34,804 nt of DNA. Source: Candidatus Tenderia sp. Its GTDB lineage: Bacteria; Pseudomonadota; Gammaproteobacteria; Tenderiales; Tenderiaceae. This document shows positions 17,502-27,046 of this stretch, in pieces. Positions within the stretch are counted from its first letter, which is position 1; every line of letters begins with the position of its first letter. Position numbers and translations under genes: made by a program. Where the stretch lies: NCBI GenBank assembly GCA_031416075.1, contig JANOSY010000004.1, positions 1 to 34,804 of the forward strand, written 5' to 3'. A model generated the notes under the pieces. That model ran no database searches. It was not told where the DNA came from and saw only the letters and a program-made list of their open reading frames with translations.

Positions 17502-18455
17502 TTACTGTCCCTGATAACGTATCGACTGACCAATAGTCTTGACAGTCACCTCGGGCACCTCACCCACAACTGTCACCTGATGCCCCGCCACCAGATTTCC
17601 ATACGCATTCACAGCCCCCATGCTGGAAACACCGGTAAACGCTTTTTCGTTAGATCCCTGCTCCGCCTCAATAAAGATTGAAACCGATGCCAGACCATCG
17701 CTGTAAATCATATGGGCCACCCCGCCCTGAGGCGTTGTTGCACGCGTAGTAATCAACTGAAACCCCGCAGGAATCGACACAACCTGCCATTTGGTGCGCT
17801 CCACAACCACCGCACCACGCTCATCGGCTGCGGCTGGCTGACTGCCTGTTTCAGCCAACAGCCGCTGTTTTTCCTTCTCTGGCAACAACTCAATCGAGGT
17901 AAACATCACCTGCTCCAACACGCGCCCTTGCTCACCCAACAGGTCAGATTTAAGTAGCAATCCTGTTTTTGCATCCAGCCACAAGCGGTACCCATAGCGG
18001 AACTGATCCCGCGGTGCCACTGCAATCAACCTTGCTTCACGCCCAGCAACCCGATCACGGCCTACCGCTGCCAACTGGTAATAATTCTCAACGCCGGCCA
18101 GACGCCCGGCCACCTGCTGCCCCATCAGACCAAACCGGCGACTATCGCGCACTGTTTCACGCGCCTCACCCGTTAAGGTAAGCAACAGCTCACGCTCACC
18201 CTCCTTATGGGCCAGGTGAACGACCTTCATCGCGGACAGATCCTCATCGCGACGATAGACAAACACCCCTTGATAGCTCAGCTCCTGCAACGCCACCGAC
18301 ATACGTTCCAAGTGTTTTTGGGCCTCACTGGCAGGTCCAGCGGCAGACGCAACACCATTACAAATCAGCAGCACACTGGCAATAACCAGGCCCAACAGAG
18401 AATAGCGCTGCCGTGGCAGCCCTTTACAGCGACAACTAGGAGACAAATTACTCAC
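17502..18455 (-). CDS. rseB: Sigma-E regulatory protein RseB/MucB
   Basis: LSYQGVFVY, DRVAGR, RYGYRLWLD, YSDGLASVSIFIE and VTVVGEVP motifs. Confidence 0.92.
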   Translation of the reverse strand: MSNLSPSCRCKGLPRQRYSLLGLVIASVLLICNGVASAAGPASEAQKHLERMSVALQELSYQGVFVYRRDEDLSAMKVVHLAHKEGERELLLTLTGEARETVRDSRRFGLMGQQVAGRLAGVENYYQLAAVGRDRVAGREARLIAVAPRDQFRYGYRLWLDAKTGLLLKSDLLGEQGRVLEQVMFTSIELLPEKEKQRLLAETGSQPAAADERGAVVVERTKWQVVSIPAGFQLITTRATTPQGGVAHMIYSDGLASVSIFIEAEQGSNEKAFTGVSSMGAVNAYGNLVAGHQVTVVGEVPEVTVKTIGQSIRYQGQ

Positions 18456-19071
18456 CTTGCACTGACTGGGTCTCTGCCAAACGAACGTTTGGCAACATGA
18501 TGGTATTCATTGCTGTCACACTCGACAACGTATTGGTATTGTGATTATGAAGATAACTATTCAGGCGCGATTCCACAGCGGGTGTGTCCACGTTCCAACG
18601 CTGTCCCTGCACAGTTTGCAGCCCATCCAGCGACACCGACTGAGCCACTGGTGATACCAGCGATGATGAATTACTTGCCATGCGTGGCACCGCTGCCTGC
18701 TCATCCACGGCAATCATCCCCACTCCAAGGTATGCCACCGCGGCCACCGAGGCAGCCAACGCAAACCCAGCCATCGGTCTGGAGTACGAGGTCTTTGGTT
18801 TGTGGGATTGAATTTTGGGTTTAAACTCAACAACGGTGCTGGCAGGAATCTCTTCGGCAGCAACGGCTTGGCTGACACGATTGGCAAAAGAGCCATCATG
18901 ATGGACAGGCAGGCTTTTACGCATAGCATCACCAATCAAATGATAACGTTGCCAAACCTGACGCTGCTCCGCCTCGTTTTGCAGTCCACGGATAGAGCGC
19001 TCTATATCATCGCCGCCCATCTCACCATCGACCAGCGCCGAAAGTGTCTCTCTCATTTTTTCATCTGCCAT
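18448..19071 (-). CDS. rseA: Anti-sigma-E factor RseA/MucA
   Basis: ETLSALVDGE and WQRYHLIGDAMR N-terminal motifs, TM segment ALAASVAAV, and RLNSYL. Confidence 0.92.
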   Translation of the reverse strand: MADEKMRETLSALVDGEMGGDDIERSIRGLQNEAEQRQVWQRYHLIGDAMRKSLPVHHDGSFANRVSQAVAAEEIPASTVVEFKPKIQSHKPKTSYSRPMAGFALAASVAAVAYLGVGMIAVDEQAAVPRMASNSSSLVSPVAQSVSLDGLQTVQGQRWNVDTPAVESRLNSYLHNHNTNTLSSVTAMNTIMLPNVRLAETQSVQGE

Positions 19072-19095
19072 ATGCTCGCCTTCAGGAGTTTAATC

Positions 19096-19668
19096 CTACA
19101 GTAAAGGTTCCAACCGCTTCTGTATCGCCTCACGCGCCCGGAATATTCTGGAACGGACCGTGCCCACCGGACATCCCATGGCATCAGCAATCTCCTCGTA
19201 ACTTAACCCCTCCAGCTCGCGCAGGGTAATTGCCATACGCAGATCTTCCGGGAGTTTTTCGATTGCATCCGCCACTACACGTTCAATTTCATCCTTGATC
19301 AACAACCCCTCAGGGGTATCGTGTTCTCTTAGATCACCTGCGGATTCGAATTGTTCCGCATCCTCAATCTCTATATCGGATTGTGGTGGCCGACGTCCAC
19401 GCGCCACCAGATAGTTTTTTGCCGTATTAATAGCAATTCGATACAACCATGTGTAAAAGGCACTGTCACCACGAAAGTTGGGCAGCGCACGGTAGGCCTT
19501 GATGAACGCCTCCTGCGCCACATCGTAGACCTCAGATGAGTCCCGGACATAGCGCGAAATCAAATTGATAACCTTATGCTGATACTTAAGCACCAATAGG
19601 TCAAAAGCCTTCTTGTCGCCACCCTGCACACGCTCAACGAGGGCTTGGTCTGTCTGACTATCCCCCAT
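19096..19668 (-). CDS. rpoE: ECF sigma factor RpoE (AlgU)
   Basis: DQALVERVQ.GDKKAFDLLVLKYQ, FRGDSAFYTWLYRIA and CPVGTVRSRIFRARE motifs. Confidence 0.97.
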   Translation of the reverse strand: MGDSQTDQALVERVQGGDKKAFDLLVLKYQHKVINLISRYVRDSSEVYDVAQEAFIKAYRALPNFRGDSAFYTWLYRIAINTAKNYLVARGRRPPQSDIEIEDAEQFESAGDLREHDTPEGLLIKDEIERVVADAIEKLPEDLRMAITLRELEGLSYEEIADAMGCPVGTVRSRIFRAREAIQKRLEPLL

Positions 19669-19716
19669 ACCGACTTTCCATATTATTTTTATGTATATTC
19701 ATTGTAAGCTGTGTGG

Positions 19717-19743
19717 ATGGACCCCGGAACGGCGCGCAGGTTC
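19717..19743 (-). promoter_or_regulatory. Putative sigma-E autoregulatory promoter of rpoE
   Basis: The minus strand reads GAACCT-N16-TCCAT, close to the RpoE/AlgU consensus GAACTT-N16/17-TCnnA, about 50 bp upstream of the rpoE ATG. Confidence 0.6.
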
Positions 19744-19831
19744 ACTATCAGTCCCAAAAAAGACCATTATATGCTAAAAAGTAGTCTTAGATATCCATCA
19801 CGATCAACACTTGGTTAACTTTTGAGCAACA

Positions 19832-21424
19832 ATGAATCAACTTCAATACGATGCCATCATTATCGGCGGCGGTGCTGCTGGCCTGAGTTTAGCCCTGCGT
19901 CTGGCTGAAAATGCCAGAATCGCCGTCATCACCAAGGGCCCACTGCAAGAGGGGGCGACCCTCTATGCCCAGGGGGGAATCTCGGTAGTCTTTGATGCTC
20001 AGGACTCTATTGAGTCCCACATCGATGATACGCAACGCGCCGGGGCTGGGCTCTGTAACCTCGACGTGGTGCGCTACACGGTCGAACATGGGCGCGAGGC
20101 GATCGACTGGTTGGTGGAGTGTGGCGTTAGTTTTACCCGCGAAACCCGCGCCGATGGTAGCAGCGACTTCCATCTGACCCGTGAGGGCGGCCATAGCCAC
20201 CGCCGTGTCCTGCATGCCGCTGACGCGACGGGGCGCGCCGTTGAGAACAGTTTAATCAGCCAGCTCAAACACCACGCCAATATTGATATATTAGAGAATC
20301 ACCTTGTTATTGACCTCATTACCAACAACGCTGTCAGCCCCGAGGAAAAACGCTGCCTGGGGTGTTATGTATTCGACAAAACCAACGACAGGGTCATCAC
20401 ACTGGCAAGCCGGTTTACGGTATTGGCTACCGGTGGCGCGGGCAAGGTTTACCTCTACACCAGCAACCCCGACGTCTCCACCGGTGACGGTATCGCCATG
20501 GCGTGGCGCGCTGGCTGCCGCGTTGCCAATATGGAGTTTGTGCAATTTCACCCTACCTGCCTCTACCACCCAAAAGCCAAATCTTTCCTGATTACCGAGG
20601 CGCTACGTGGGGAGGGGGCACAGCTGAAACTGCCCGACGGCAGCCGTTTTATGGAGCGTTACCATGCCCAAATGGAACTGGCCCCACGGGATGTGGTGGC
20701 GCGCGCCATCGATCACGAGATGAAGCGGCTTGGTATCGACTGTGTCTACCTTGACATCAGCCATCAGACGCCGGAGTTCATTAAAGAGCACTTTCCAACG
20801 GTCTATAGCACCTGCCTAGAGTATGGCATCGATATTACCCAGGAACCCATCCCCGTTGTGCCAGCAGCCCATTACACCTGCGGTGGTGTCATGGCTGATA
20901 TAAAGGGACGCACCGACATCAGCAATCTCTACGCCATCGGCGAGACCGCCTTTACTGGTCTGCACGGTGCCAACCGCATGGCCAGCAACTCTCTGCTGGA
21001 GTGCCTGGTCTTTGCCAAAGCAGCAAGCCACGACATCGCTGAGCGTTTTCAAGAGTTCCCAATGCCCGAATCGCTCCCGCTCTGGGACGAAAGCCGCGTG
21101 ATCGAGTCAGATGAGGAGGTGGTGGTCGCCCATGACTGGGACGAACTGCGCCGTGTCATGTGGGACTACGTGGGCATTGTCCGCACCGACCGCCGTCTGC
21201 GGCGCGCCATGAGCCGCATTCAGATTCTCGCCCACGAGGTAGATGACTACTATGCCCACTTTGAGGTCAGTAACGATCTGCTGGAGCTACGCAATCTGGT
21301 GCTGGTGGCGGAACTGATTGTCCGCTCTGCCCTCTCCCGCAAGGAGAGTCGAGGATTGCACTATACCCTCGACTATCCAGAACAGCAGACAGGCACGCCA
21401 CAGAACACTGTGCTCACGCCATAA
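19832..21424 (+). CDS. nadB: L-aspartate oxidase
   Basis: [11 protein letters not shown] motif, [31 protein letters not shown] and [16 protein letters not shown]. Divergent from rpoE as usual. Confidence 0.97.
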   Translation: MNQLQYDAIIIGGGAAGLSLALRLAENARIAVITKGPLQEGATLYAQGGISVVFDAQDSIESHIDDTQRAGAGLCNLDVVRYTVEHGREAIDWLVECGVSFTRETRADGSSDFHLTREGGHSHRRVLHAADATGRAVENSLISQLKHHANIDILENHLVIDLITNNAVSPEEKRCLGCYVFDKTNDRVITLASRFTVLATGGAGKVYLYTSNPDVSTGDGIAMAWRAGCRVANMEFVQFHPTCLYHPKAKSFLITEALRGEGAQLKLPDGSRFMERYHAQMELAPRDVVARAIDHEMKRLGIDCVYLDISHQTPEFIKEHFPTVYSTCLEYGIDITQEPIPVVPAAHYTCGGVMADIKGRTDISNLYAIGETAFTGLHGANRMASNSLLECLVFAKAASHDIAERFQEFPMPESLPLWDESRVIESDEEVVVAHDWDELRRVMWDYVGIVRTDRRLRRAMSRIQILAHEVDDYYAHFEVSNDLLELRNLVLVAELIVRSALSRKESRGLHYTLDYPEQQTGTPQNTVLTP

Positions 21425-21448
21425 TAACACCCGTCCGAGGTGGGCACG

Positions 21449-24055
21449 TTAAGCCGCGCTCACCTCAGCAACAGGGGCAACCCCCTTTTCAAAGACAAAC
21501 GTTTCACCCACTACCTCCACCACGATCACATCATCGGGCTGAAATTTGCCGGCGAGGATCTCCTGCGCCAACGGGTTTTCAATGCGTTGCTGAATGGCCC
21601 GTTTGAGTGGCCGTGCGCCGTAGACCGGATCGAAACCAGCCTCGCCCAACTGATCCAACGCTGCATCGCTGAGCTTCAAACCGAGACTACGTTCAGCCAG
21701 ACGTTTGCGTAGATAGTCAATCTGGATATCGGCGATACGGCGGATCTGTTCCTTCTGTAATGGATGGAATACCACCACATCATCCACACGATTGATAAAC
21801 TCGGGACGGAAATGCTGGCCGACAATCTCCATCACCGCCGCCTTCATCTGATCGTAGTTCTCCTCACCTGCCAGCTCTTGGATCACCTGCGAGCCTAAAT
21901 TGGAGGTCATGACGATGACGGTATTGCGGAAATCGACAGTTCGGCCGTGGCCATCGGTAAGGCGGCCATCATCAAGCACCTGAAGCAATATATTGAAGAC
22001 ATCAGGGTGTGCCTTCTCCACCTCATCGAGCAGGATCACGGAGTAGGGTTTGCGCCGCACCGCCTCGGTGAGATAACCGCCCTCTTCGTAACCAACATAG
22101 CCGGGCGGTGCGCCAATCAGTCTCGCCACAGAGTGTTTTTCCATGAACTCTGACATATCCACACGCACCATCGCCTCTTCAGTATCAAAGAGAAAACCGG
22201 CCAACGCCTTTGTCAATTCAGTTTTGCCAACACCTGTTGGGCCGAGAAAGAGGAACGAGCCGTTAGGACGATTGGGATCAGAGAGTCCAGCACGTGAACG
22301 GCGAACCGCATTAGCAACCGCCTTCAGCGCCTCAGCCTGGCCCACTACGCGCTTCTGTAGTTCGCTCTCCATACGCAGTAGTTTGTCCCGTTCACCTTCG
22401 AGCATCTTTGAGACCGGGATACCGGTCCATTTGGAGACGACTTCGGCAATCTCCTCTTCCGTCACTTTATTCCGCAACAACGTGGGTTGTTGCAGCTCAG
22501 CGGTGTTGGCCATCTGCAACGACTTTTCCAAGTCTGGGATACGGCCATACTGTAACTCCGACATGCGTGCCAGATCACCGGCACGGCGCGCTGCTTCCAG
22601 CTCAGTACGGGCCCGCTCCAGCTCCTCCTTAATATGTTTGGTCCCCTGCAATGCCGCCTTCTCGGACTTCCACACCTCCTCAAAGTCGGAGTATTCGCGC
22701 TCCAGTTTTTTAATCTGCTCCTCCAGCGCCTGCAACCGTTTGCGCGAGGCGTCGTCAGTCTCTTTATTAAGTGCTTCGCGTTCAATCTTGAACTGAATCA
22801 GGCGGCGGTCGAGTTTGTCCATATCCTCCGGCATGGAGTCGATCTCCATACGTAGACGGCTACCCGCCTCATCGATCAGATCGATCGCCTTGTCTGGCAG
22901 TTGGCGGTCAGTGATGTAACGATTCGACAGTGTTGCTGCGGCGACAATAGCCGGGTCGGTAATATCAACACCGTGATGCACTTCGTACTTCTGCTTCAGG
23001 CCACGCAGGATGGCGATGGTATCTTCGACCGTCGGTTCATTTACTTGCACCTTCTGGAAACGGCGCTCCAGCGCGGCATCTTTCTCCAGATATTCGCGAT
23101 ATTCGTTGAGGGTGGTAGCACCAATGCAGTGCAGTTCGCCACGCGCCAGTGCGGGTTTGAGCATGTTGCCCGCATCCATGGCCCCCTCCCCCTTACCGGC
23201 ACCCACCATGGTATGCAGCTCATCAATAAAGAGGATCACCTGTCCCTCCTGTTTGGAAAGGTCGTTGAGCACCGCCTTGAGCCGTTCTTCAAACTCACCA
23301 CGAAACTTGGCACCCGCAATCAGGCTGCCCATGTCGAGGGAGAGTACACGCTTCCCCTTTAATCCTTCGGGGATCTCGCCATTAACGATGCGCTGTGCCA
23401 ACCCTTCAACAATGGCCGTCTTACCCACACCTGGTTCGCCAATCAGCACCGGGTTGTTTTTAGTGCGGCGCTGCAATACCTGGATGGTGCGGCGGATCTC
23501 GTCATCACGGCCAATCACCGGGTCGAGCTTGCCCTGTTCAGCACGTTCGGTAAGGTCGACGGTATACTTCTCCAACGCTTGGCGCTGCTCTTCGGCGTTA
23601 GGATCGTTGATCTTCTGGCCACCCCGCACCTTCTCAATCGCCTTTTCAATAGAACCTTTGCTGGCCCCCGCCTTGCGCATAATCTCACCGATGGTCCCTG
23701 TCTCCATCACACAGGCGAGCACAAATAGTTCGCTGGAGATGTAATCATCCTTACGCTGCTGCGACAATTTATCGGTAACATTGAGTACCCGCGCCAGATC
23801 GTTTCCCAGGCGCACATCACCGGAGGCACCCTCTACCTGCGGCAGACGATCCAGCGCCTCGCCGAGCTGGGAGCGCAGGCTGTGCACATTAACGTCAGCC
23901 TGGGTCAGCAGATGGCGGGCCGACCCGCCATCCTGATCGAGTAGCGCCAACATGATGTGCAGCGGCTCGATGAACTGGTGGTCGCGCCCCACGGCCAGAC
24001 TCTGCGCGTCAGCCAAGGCCTGCTGGAACTTACTGGTCAGCTTATCCATACGCAT
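21449..24055 (-). CDS. clpB: ATP-dependent disaggregase ClpB
   Basis: Two AAA+ domains (GEPGVGKT and GPTGVGKT), coiled-coil M domain, and [10 protein letters not shown]. Confidence 0.98.
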   Translation of the reverse strand: MRMDKLTSKFQQALADAQSLAVGRDHQFIEPLHIMLALLDQDGGSARHLLTQADVNVHSLRSQLGEALDRLPQVEGASGDVRLGNDLARVLNVTDKLSQQRKDDYISSELFVLACVMETGTIGEIMRKAGASKGSIEKAIEKVRGGQKINDPNAEEQRQALEKYTVDLTERAEQGKLDPVIGRDDEIRRTIQVLQRRTKNNPVLIGEPGVGKTAIVEGLAQRIVNGEIPEGLKGKRVLSLDMGSLIAGAKFRGEFEERLKAVLNDLSKQEGQVILFIDELHTMVGAGKGEGAMDAGNMLKPALARGELHCIGATTLNEYREYLEKDAALERRFQKVQVNEPTVEDTIAILRGLKQKYEVHHGVDITDPAIVAAATLSNRYITDRQLPDKAIDLIDEAGSRLRMEIDSMPEDMDKLDRRLIQFKIEREALNKETDDASRKRLQALEEQIKKLEREYSDFEEVWKSEKAALQGTKHIKEELERARTELEAARRAGDLARMSELQYGRIPDLEKSLQMANTAELQQPTLLRNKVTEEEIAEVVSKWTGIPVSKMLEGERDKLLRMESELQKRVVGQAEALKAVANAVRRSRAGLSDPNRPNGSFLFLGPTGVGKTELTKALAGFLFDTEEAMVRVDMSEFMEKHSVARLIGAPPGYVGYEEGGYLTEAVRRKPYSVILLDEVEKAHPDVFNILLQVLDDGRLTDGHGRTVDFRNTVIVMTSNLGSQVIQELAGEENYDQMKAAVMEIVGQHFRPEFINRVDDVVVFHPLQKEQIRRIADIQIDYLRKRLAERSLGLKLSDAALDQLGEAGFDPVYGARPLKRAIQQRIENPLAQEILAGKFQPDDVIVVEVVGETFVFEKGVAPVAEVSAA

Positions 24056-24093
24056 CGAAGTATCCTCATGATATTAAAGGGTGTTATGGCACT

Positions 24094-24121
24094 AGATGTG
24101 TCCTAACTGGTTTTATTCAAT
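24094..24121 (-). promoter_or_regulatory. Putative sigma-32 heat-shock promoter of clpB
   Basis: The minus strand reads ATTGAA-N14-ACACATCT against the consensus CTTGAA-N13-17-CCCCATNT. clpB is a typical RpoH target. Confidence 0.45.
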
Positions 24122-24189
24122 AGCACTGTACCCATTCTATTCATATGAAGATAGAATAAATAAAGCCTTAATAATATGAGAACGCTCCG

Positions 24190-25056
24190 GTGTACCCGTT
24201 ACAGAAATCGCTCATCCATTCAACACTTCTTATATTGCTCTTATCACCACTGCTCACGCTGGCTGCCAATGCCACCCACTCTCAAAAACAGGTCATTGAC
24301 CGTTTCATCAGCTACTCCGGCTACCCACCGCAATTTGAGCAACTGCCATGGATCATCAAGGAGACCCTGGCAAACAGCGTCTCTGCCAGCAATACCCATG
24401 TTATTGATATGAAGAAGCTTACCTCAACACTGCTGGATGCCTACGATAGCCGCCGGGGCAAACACGCCATGGGGCAGCAGCTTAGCCTTGGTTATGATCA
24501 TCGCCATTATCTGGGATTAATCCAGAAGCTGGAGGGCCAACCAACCCGTAAATTGCTCGATATGGCGCTAGCCACCACCCCACTCGATATCCGTAATGCA
24601 AAACAAGCATTGATCAAGCACCCCGTCACTGCTCAACGGGAGGCACTCATCACAACACTGCTAACCGCCAATGGGGCCATCGAAAACGCCCTGCAGACAT
24701 GCGCCACACTGCATGAGGTTATTCACGGGCTGGTCAACAAAACAGATGCGGCCAAAGCCAGCCCCGTCCAAAAAAGCCAGCAAAAACAGCTTGCTGCACC
24801 CACTGAATCACTACGCGCCACCGTGACATCCGAAACAATAGCCGCCGCGATCATCACCTATCGCCGCGCCAGCGACGACGAAATTAGGCAGTACATTGAG
24901 TTTTATAACTCCGCCGCCGGTGAGTGGTTCAAGCTCACACAGCAAAACGGTTGGCTGGGGGCACTGCGCAATATTGGACGGGATGTGGCATGGCAGATAC
25001 AACACACAGACAACAGCGACGTGCAGACCGCACTTGAGGATGAACTGAGGCTCTGA
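24190..25056 (+). CDS. Exported hypothetical protein with DUF2059-like C-terminal motif
   Basis: Signal peptide (LLILLLSPLLTLA-ANA), a helical body, and the motif YRRASDDEIRQYIEFYNSAAG. Confidence 0.65.
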   Translation: MYPLQKSLIHSTLLILLLSPLLTLAANATHSQKQVIDRFISYSGYPPQFEQLPWIIKETLANSVSASNTHVIDMKKLTSTLLDAYDSRRGKHAMGQQLSLGYDHRHYLGLIQKLEGQPTRKLLDMALATTPLDIRNAKQALIKHPVTAQREALITTLLTANGAIENALQTCATLHEVIHGLVNKTDAAKASPVQKSQQKQLAAPTESLRATVTSETIAAAIITYRRASDDEIRQYIEFYNSAAGEWFKLTQQNGWLGALRNIGRDVAWQIQHTDNSDVQTALEDELRL

Positions 25057-25065
25057 CCCCCTTTT

Positions 25066-26544
25066 TCACTTCACCCTAATTGGGTATGGATAGAGCTTGT
25101 CCAGCGGCATACTCAACCCGGCATGTTGAACAATGCGGGCGTGGTGGCGCATAAACTCACGCGGATGGGCCAACCCACACGAGTGGGCCAGACGGGCCAC
25201 CTCCACATTCATCCAGCGGGCGTAATGGGTGACCCGCTCAGCTTTATTCTCCACCACCAACCCTTTCTGCAAATGTCTGTTGTGAGTCGTAATCCCGGTA
25301 GGACAGGTATCACTGTGGCACTGCAAAGATTGGATACAGCCCAGGGCAAACATAAAACCACGGGCTGTCACGGCAAAATCAGCCCCCACACACATCGCCC
25401 AGGCAACATGGGCCGAAGTGACTAGTTTGCCTGACGCAATTACCCGTATCCGCTCGCGCAGACCACTCTCCAGCAACACATCCACCAGAATCGGCAATGA
25501 TTCACTCAACGGCAGCCCCACATGGTCCGCCAACACCTGGGGTGCAGCGCCGGTACCGCCATCCCCGCCATCCAGGGTAATAAAGTCAGGCGCACAATCC
25601 GGACCACGGCGCAGGATCGCCTCCGCCAGACCCCGGATCTGATTATCACCACCCAATACCAGTTTGATACCCACCGGACGGCCGCTAACATCACGGATAC
25701 GACAGATCATATCGAGCAGATCATCATCATTTTTGATCTCAGGATGGCGGTTGGGGCTATTCGAGGTCTGGAACACCGGGATGCCACGAATCTGCGCCAC
25801 CTCCTTGTTCACCTTTACAGCAGGCAATACGCCGCCACGACCGGGTTTAGCCCCTTGTGCCAACTTAATCTCAAAGGCGCGCACATGCTCACTCACCTCG
25901 CGCAGGCGTGCGTCACTGAGATTGCCATCCGCATCACGCACCCCATATTTGGCCGTGCCAATCTGGAAGATCAGGTCGCACCCGCCCTCCAGATGAAACG
26001 GTGCCATGCCCCCCTCCCCCGTATTCATCCAGATGCCCGCCGCTGCCGCCCCCCTGGATAACGCACGAATGGCCGGGGCCGACAGAGCACCGTAACTCAT
26101 CCCCGAGATATTAAAAATCTCAGGGGCAGCGTAGGGTTTATCGCAATCGGGGCCAATCACCAGTGCTGGCGTGGGTTGCAGCTCCTCCTCCAGCACCGGG
26201 TAAGCAGCGTTCACAAAGAGTATAGTGCCAGGTTCACGCAGATCATTGGTGGAGCCAAAACCGATCGTGCCACCGATGTTTTTAGCCGTGCGGTAGACCC
26301 AGTTACGGGTGGCGCGGTTAAACGGCAGCTCCTCACGCTCATTGGAAAAGAAGTACTGCCTGAAATAATCCCCCTGTTTTTCAAGGAAGTAGCGCATCCG
26401 CCCGATCACCGGGAAATTGCGTCGCACGGCATGTTGCTTCTGGCTGACATCCTGAACAAACATCACCACCACAGCCACCATCACCAGGCCCGCCATCCAA
26501 CCCAGCACCACAACAATCCAGTTGAAAATGTTCAACGCGTCCAT
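25066..26544 (-). CDS. Stand-alone FMN-binding glutamate synthase family protein with N-terminal TM helix
   Basis: FNISGMSYGALS, NTGEGG, EIKLAQGAKPG, DFITLDGGDGGTGAAP and the 3Fe-4S motif CIQSLQCHSDTCP. Start placed at ATG 26544. Confidence 0.88.
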   Translation of the reverse strand: MDALNIFNWIVVVLGWMAGLVMVAVVVMFVQDVSQKQHAVRRNFPVIGRMRYFLEKQGDYFRQYFFSNEREELPFNRATRNWVYRTAKNIGGTIGFGSTNDLREPGTILFVNAAYPVLEEELQPTPALVIGPDCDKPYAAPEIFNISGMSYGALSAPAIRALSRGAAAAGIWMNTGEGGMAPFHLEGGCDLIFQIGTAKYGVRDADGNLSDARLREVSEHVRAFEIKLAQGAKPGRGGVLPAVKVNKEVAQIRGIPVFQTSNSPNRHPEIKNDDDLLDMICRIRDVSGRPVGIKLVLGGDNQIRGLAEAILRRGPDCAPDFITLDGGDGGTGAAPQVLADHVGLPLSESLPILVDVLLESGLRERIRVIASGKLVTSAHVAWAMCVGADFAVTARGFMFALGCIQSLQCHSDTCPTGITTHNRHLQKGLVVENKAERVTHYARWMNVEVARLAHSCGLAHPREFMRHHARIVQHAGLSMPLDKLYPYPIRVK

Positions 26545-26740
26545 GTAGCGCCCCGTTTCTATCCTTAAACGGGCGGGGTTTGTCCCAGCCACCAGAAAGT
26601 TTGGATAGACACCTCTCTAACAGCATATCGGGTAGGAGTGCCTATCTCATTAAAAAAGATCCCCGCCAGACCAATGCATCTAATGCTAATGGCAGAGGCG
26701 ACCACCATCATCACCTTACCGGCCCGGTGCCAACCCTCCT

Positions 26741-27046
26741 ATGGAACGTGACCCAAATCACACTTCCAACAATGCAGATACAGAATCAGCCCACATCCAC
26801 GCTAACTTACTTATATTATGGAAATCCGCACTTCAACAGCAACAATGGGGACAAAGTGATTTGGTGATTGACTTGGACTCTCCACAATGTTTAACATCGG
26901 AAGCCGATTTGTTATACAAAACTGGCAAAGTCGTCTCACAATACTTGGAAATAAGAACAGCGTTCTATTCTCCAGCCACAATCATAGCTGCAGCCAACGT
27001 GATAGAATCACCGCCTCTGCACCCACTTGACGAGTTTGAATTATGA
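26741..27046 (+). CDS. Small hypothetical ORF, possibly degenerate, overlapping the next start by ATGA
   Basis: 101-codon ORF filling the intergenic gap, with its stop overlapping the ATG at 27043. No clear family motif. Confidence 0.3.
   Translation: MERDPNHTSNNADTESAHIHANLLILWKSALQQQQWGQSDLVIDLDSPQCLTSEADLLYKTGKVVSQYLEIRTAFYSPATIIAAANVIESPPLHPLDEFEL

Noticed and set aside
22143-23744. Long plus-strand ORFs (217 and 244 aa) opposite clpB
   Set aside because: Antisense shadow ORFs of a highly conserved gene, Ser/Arg/Pro-rich with no motifs.
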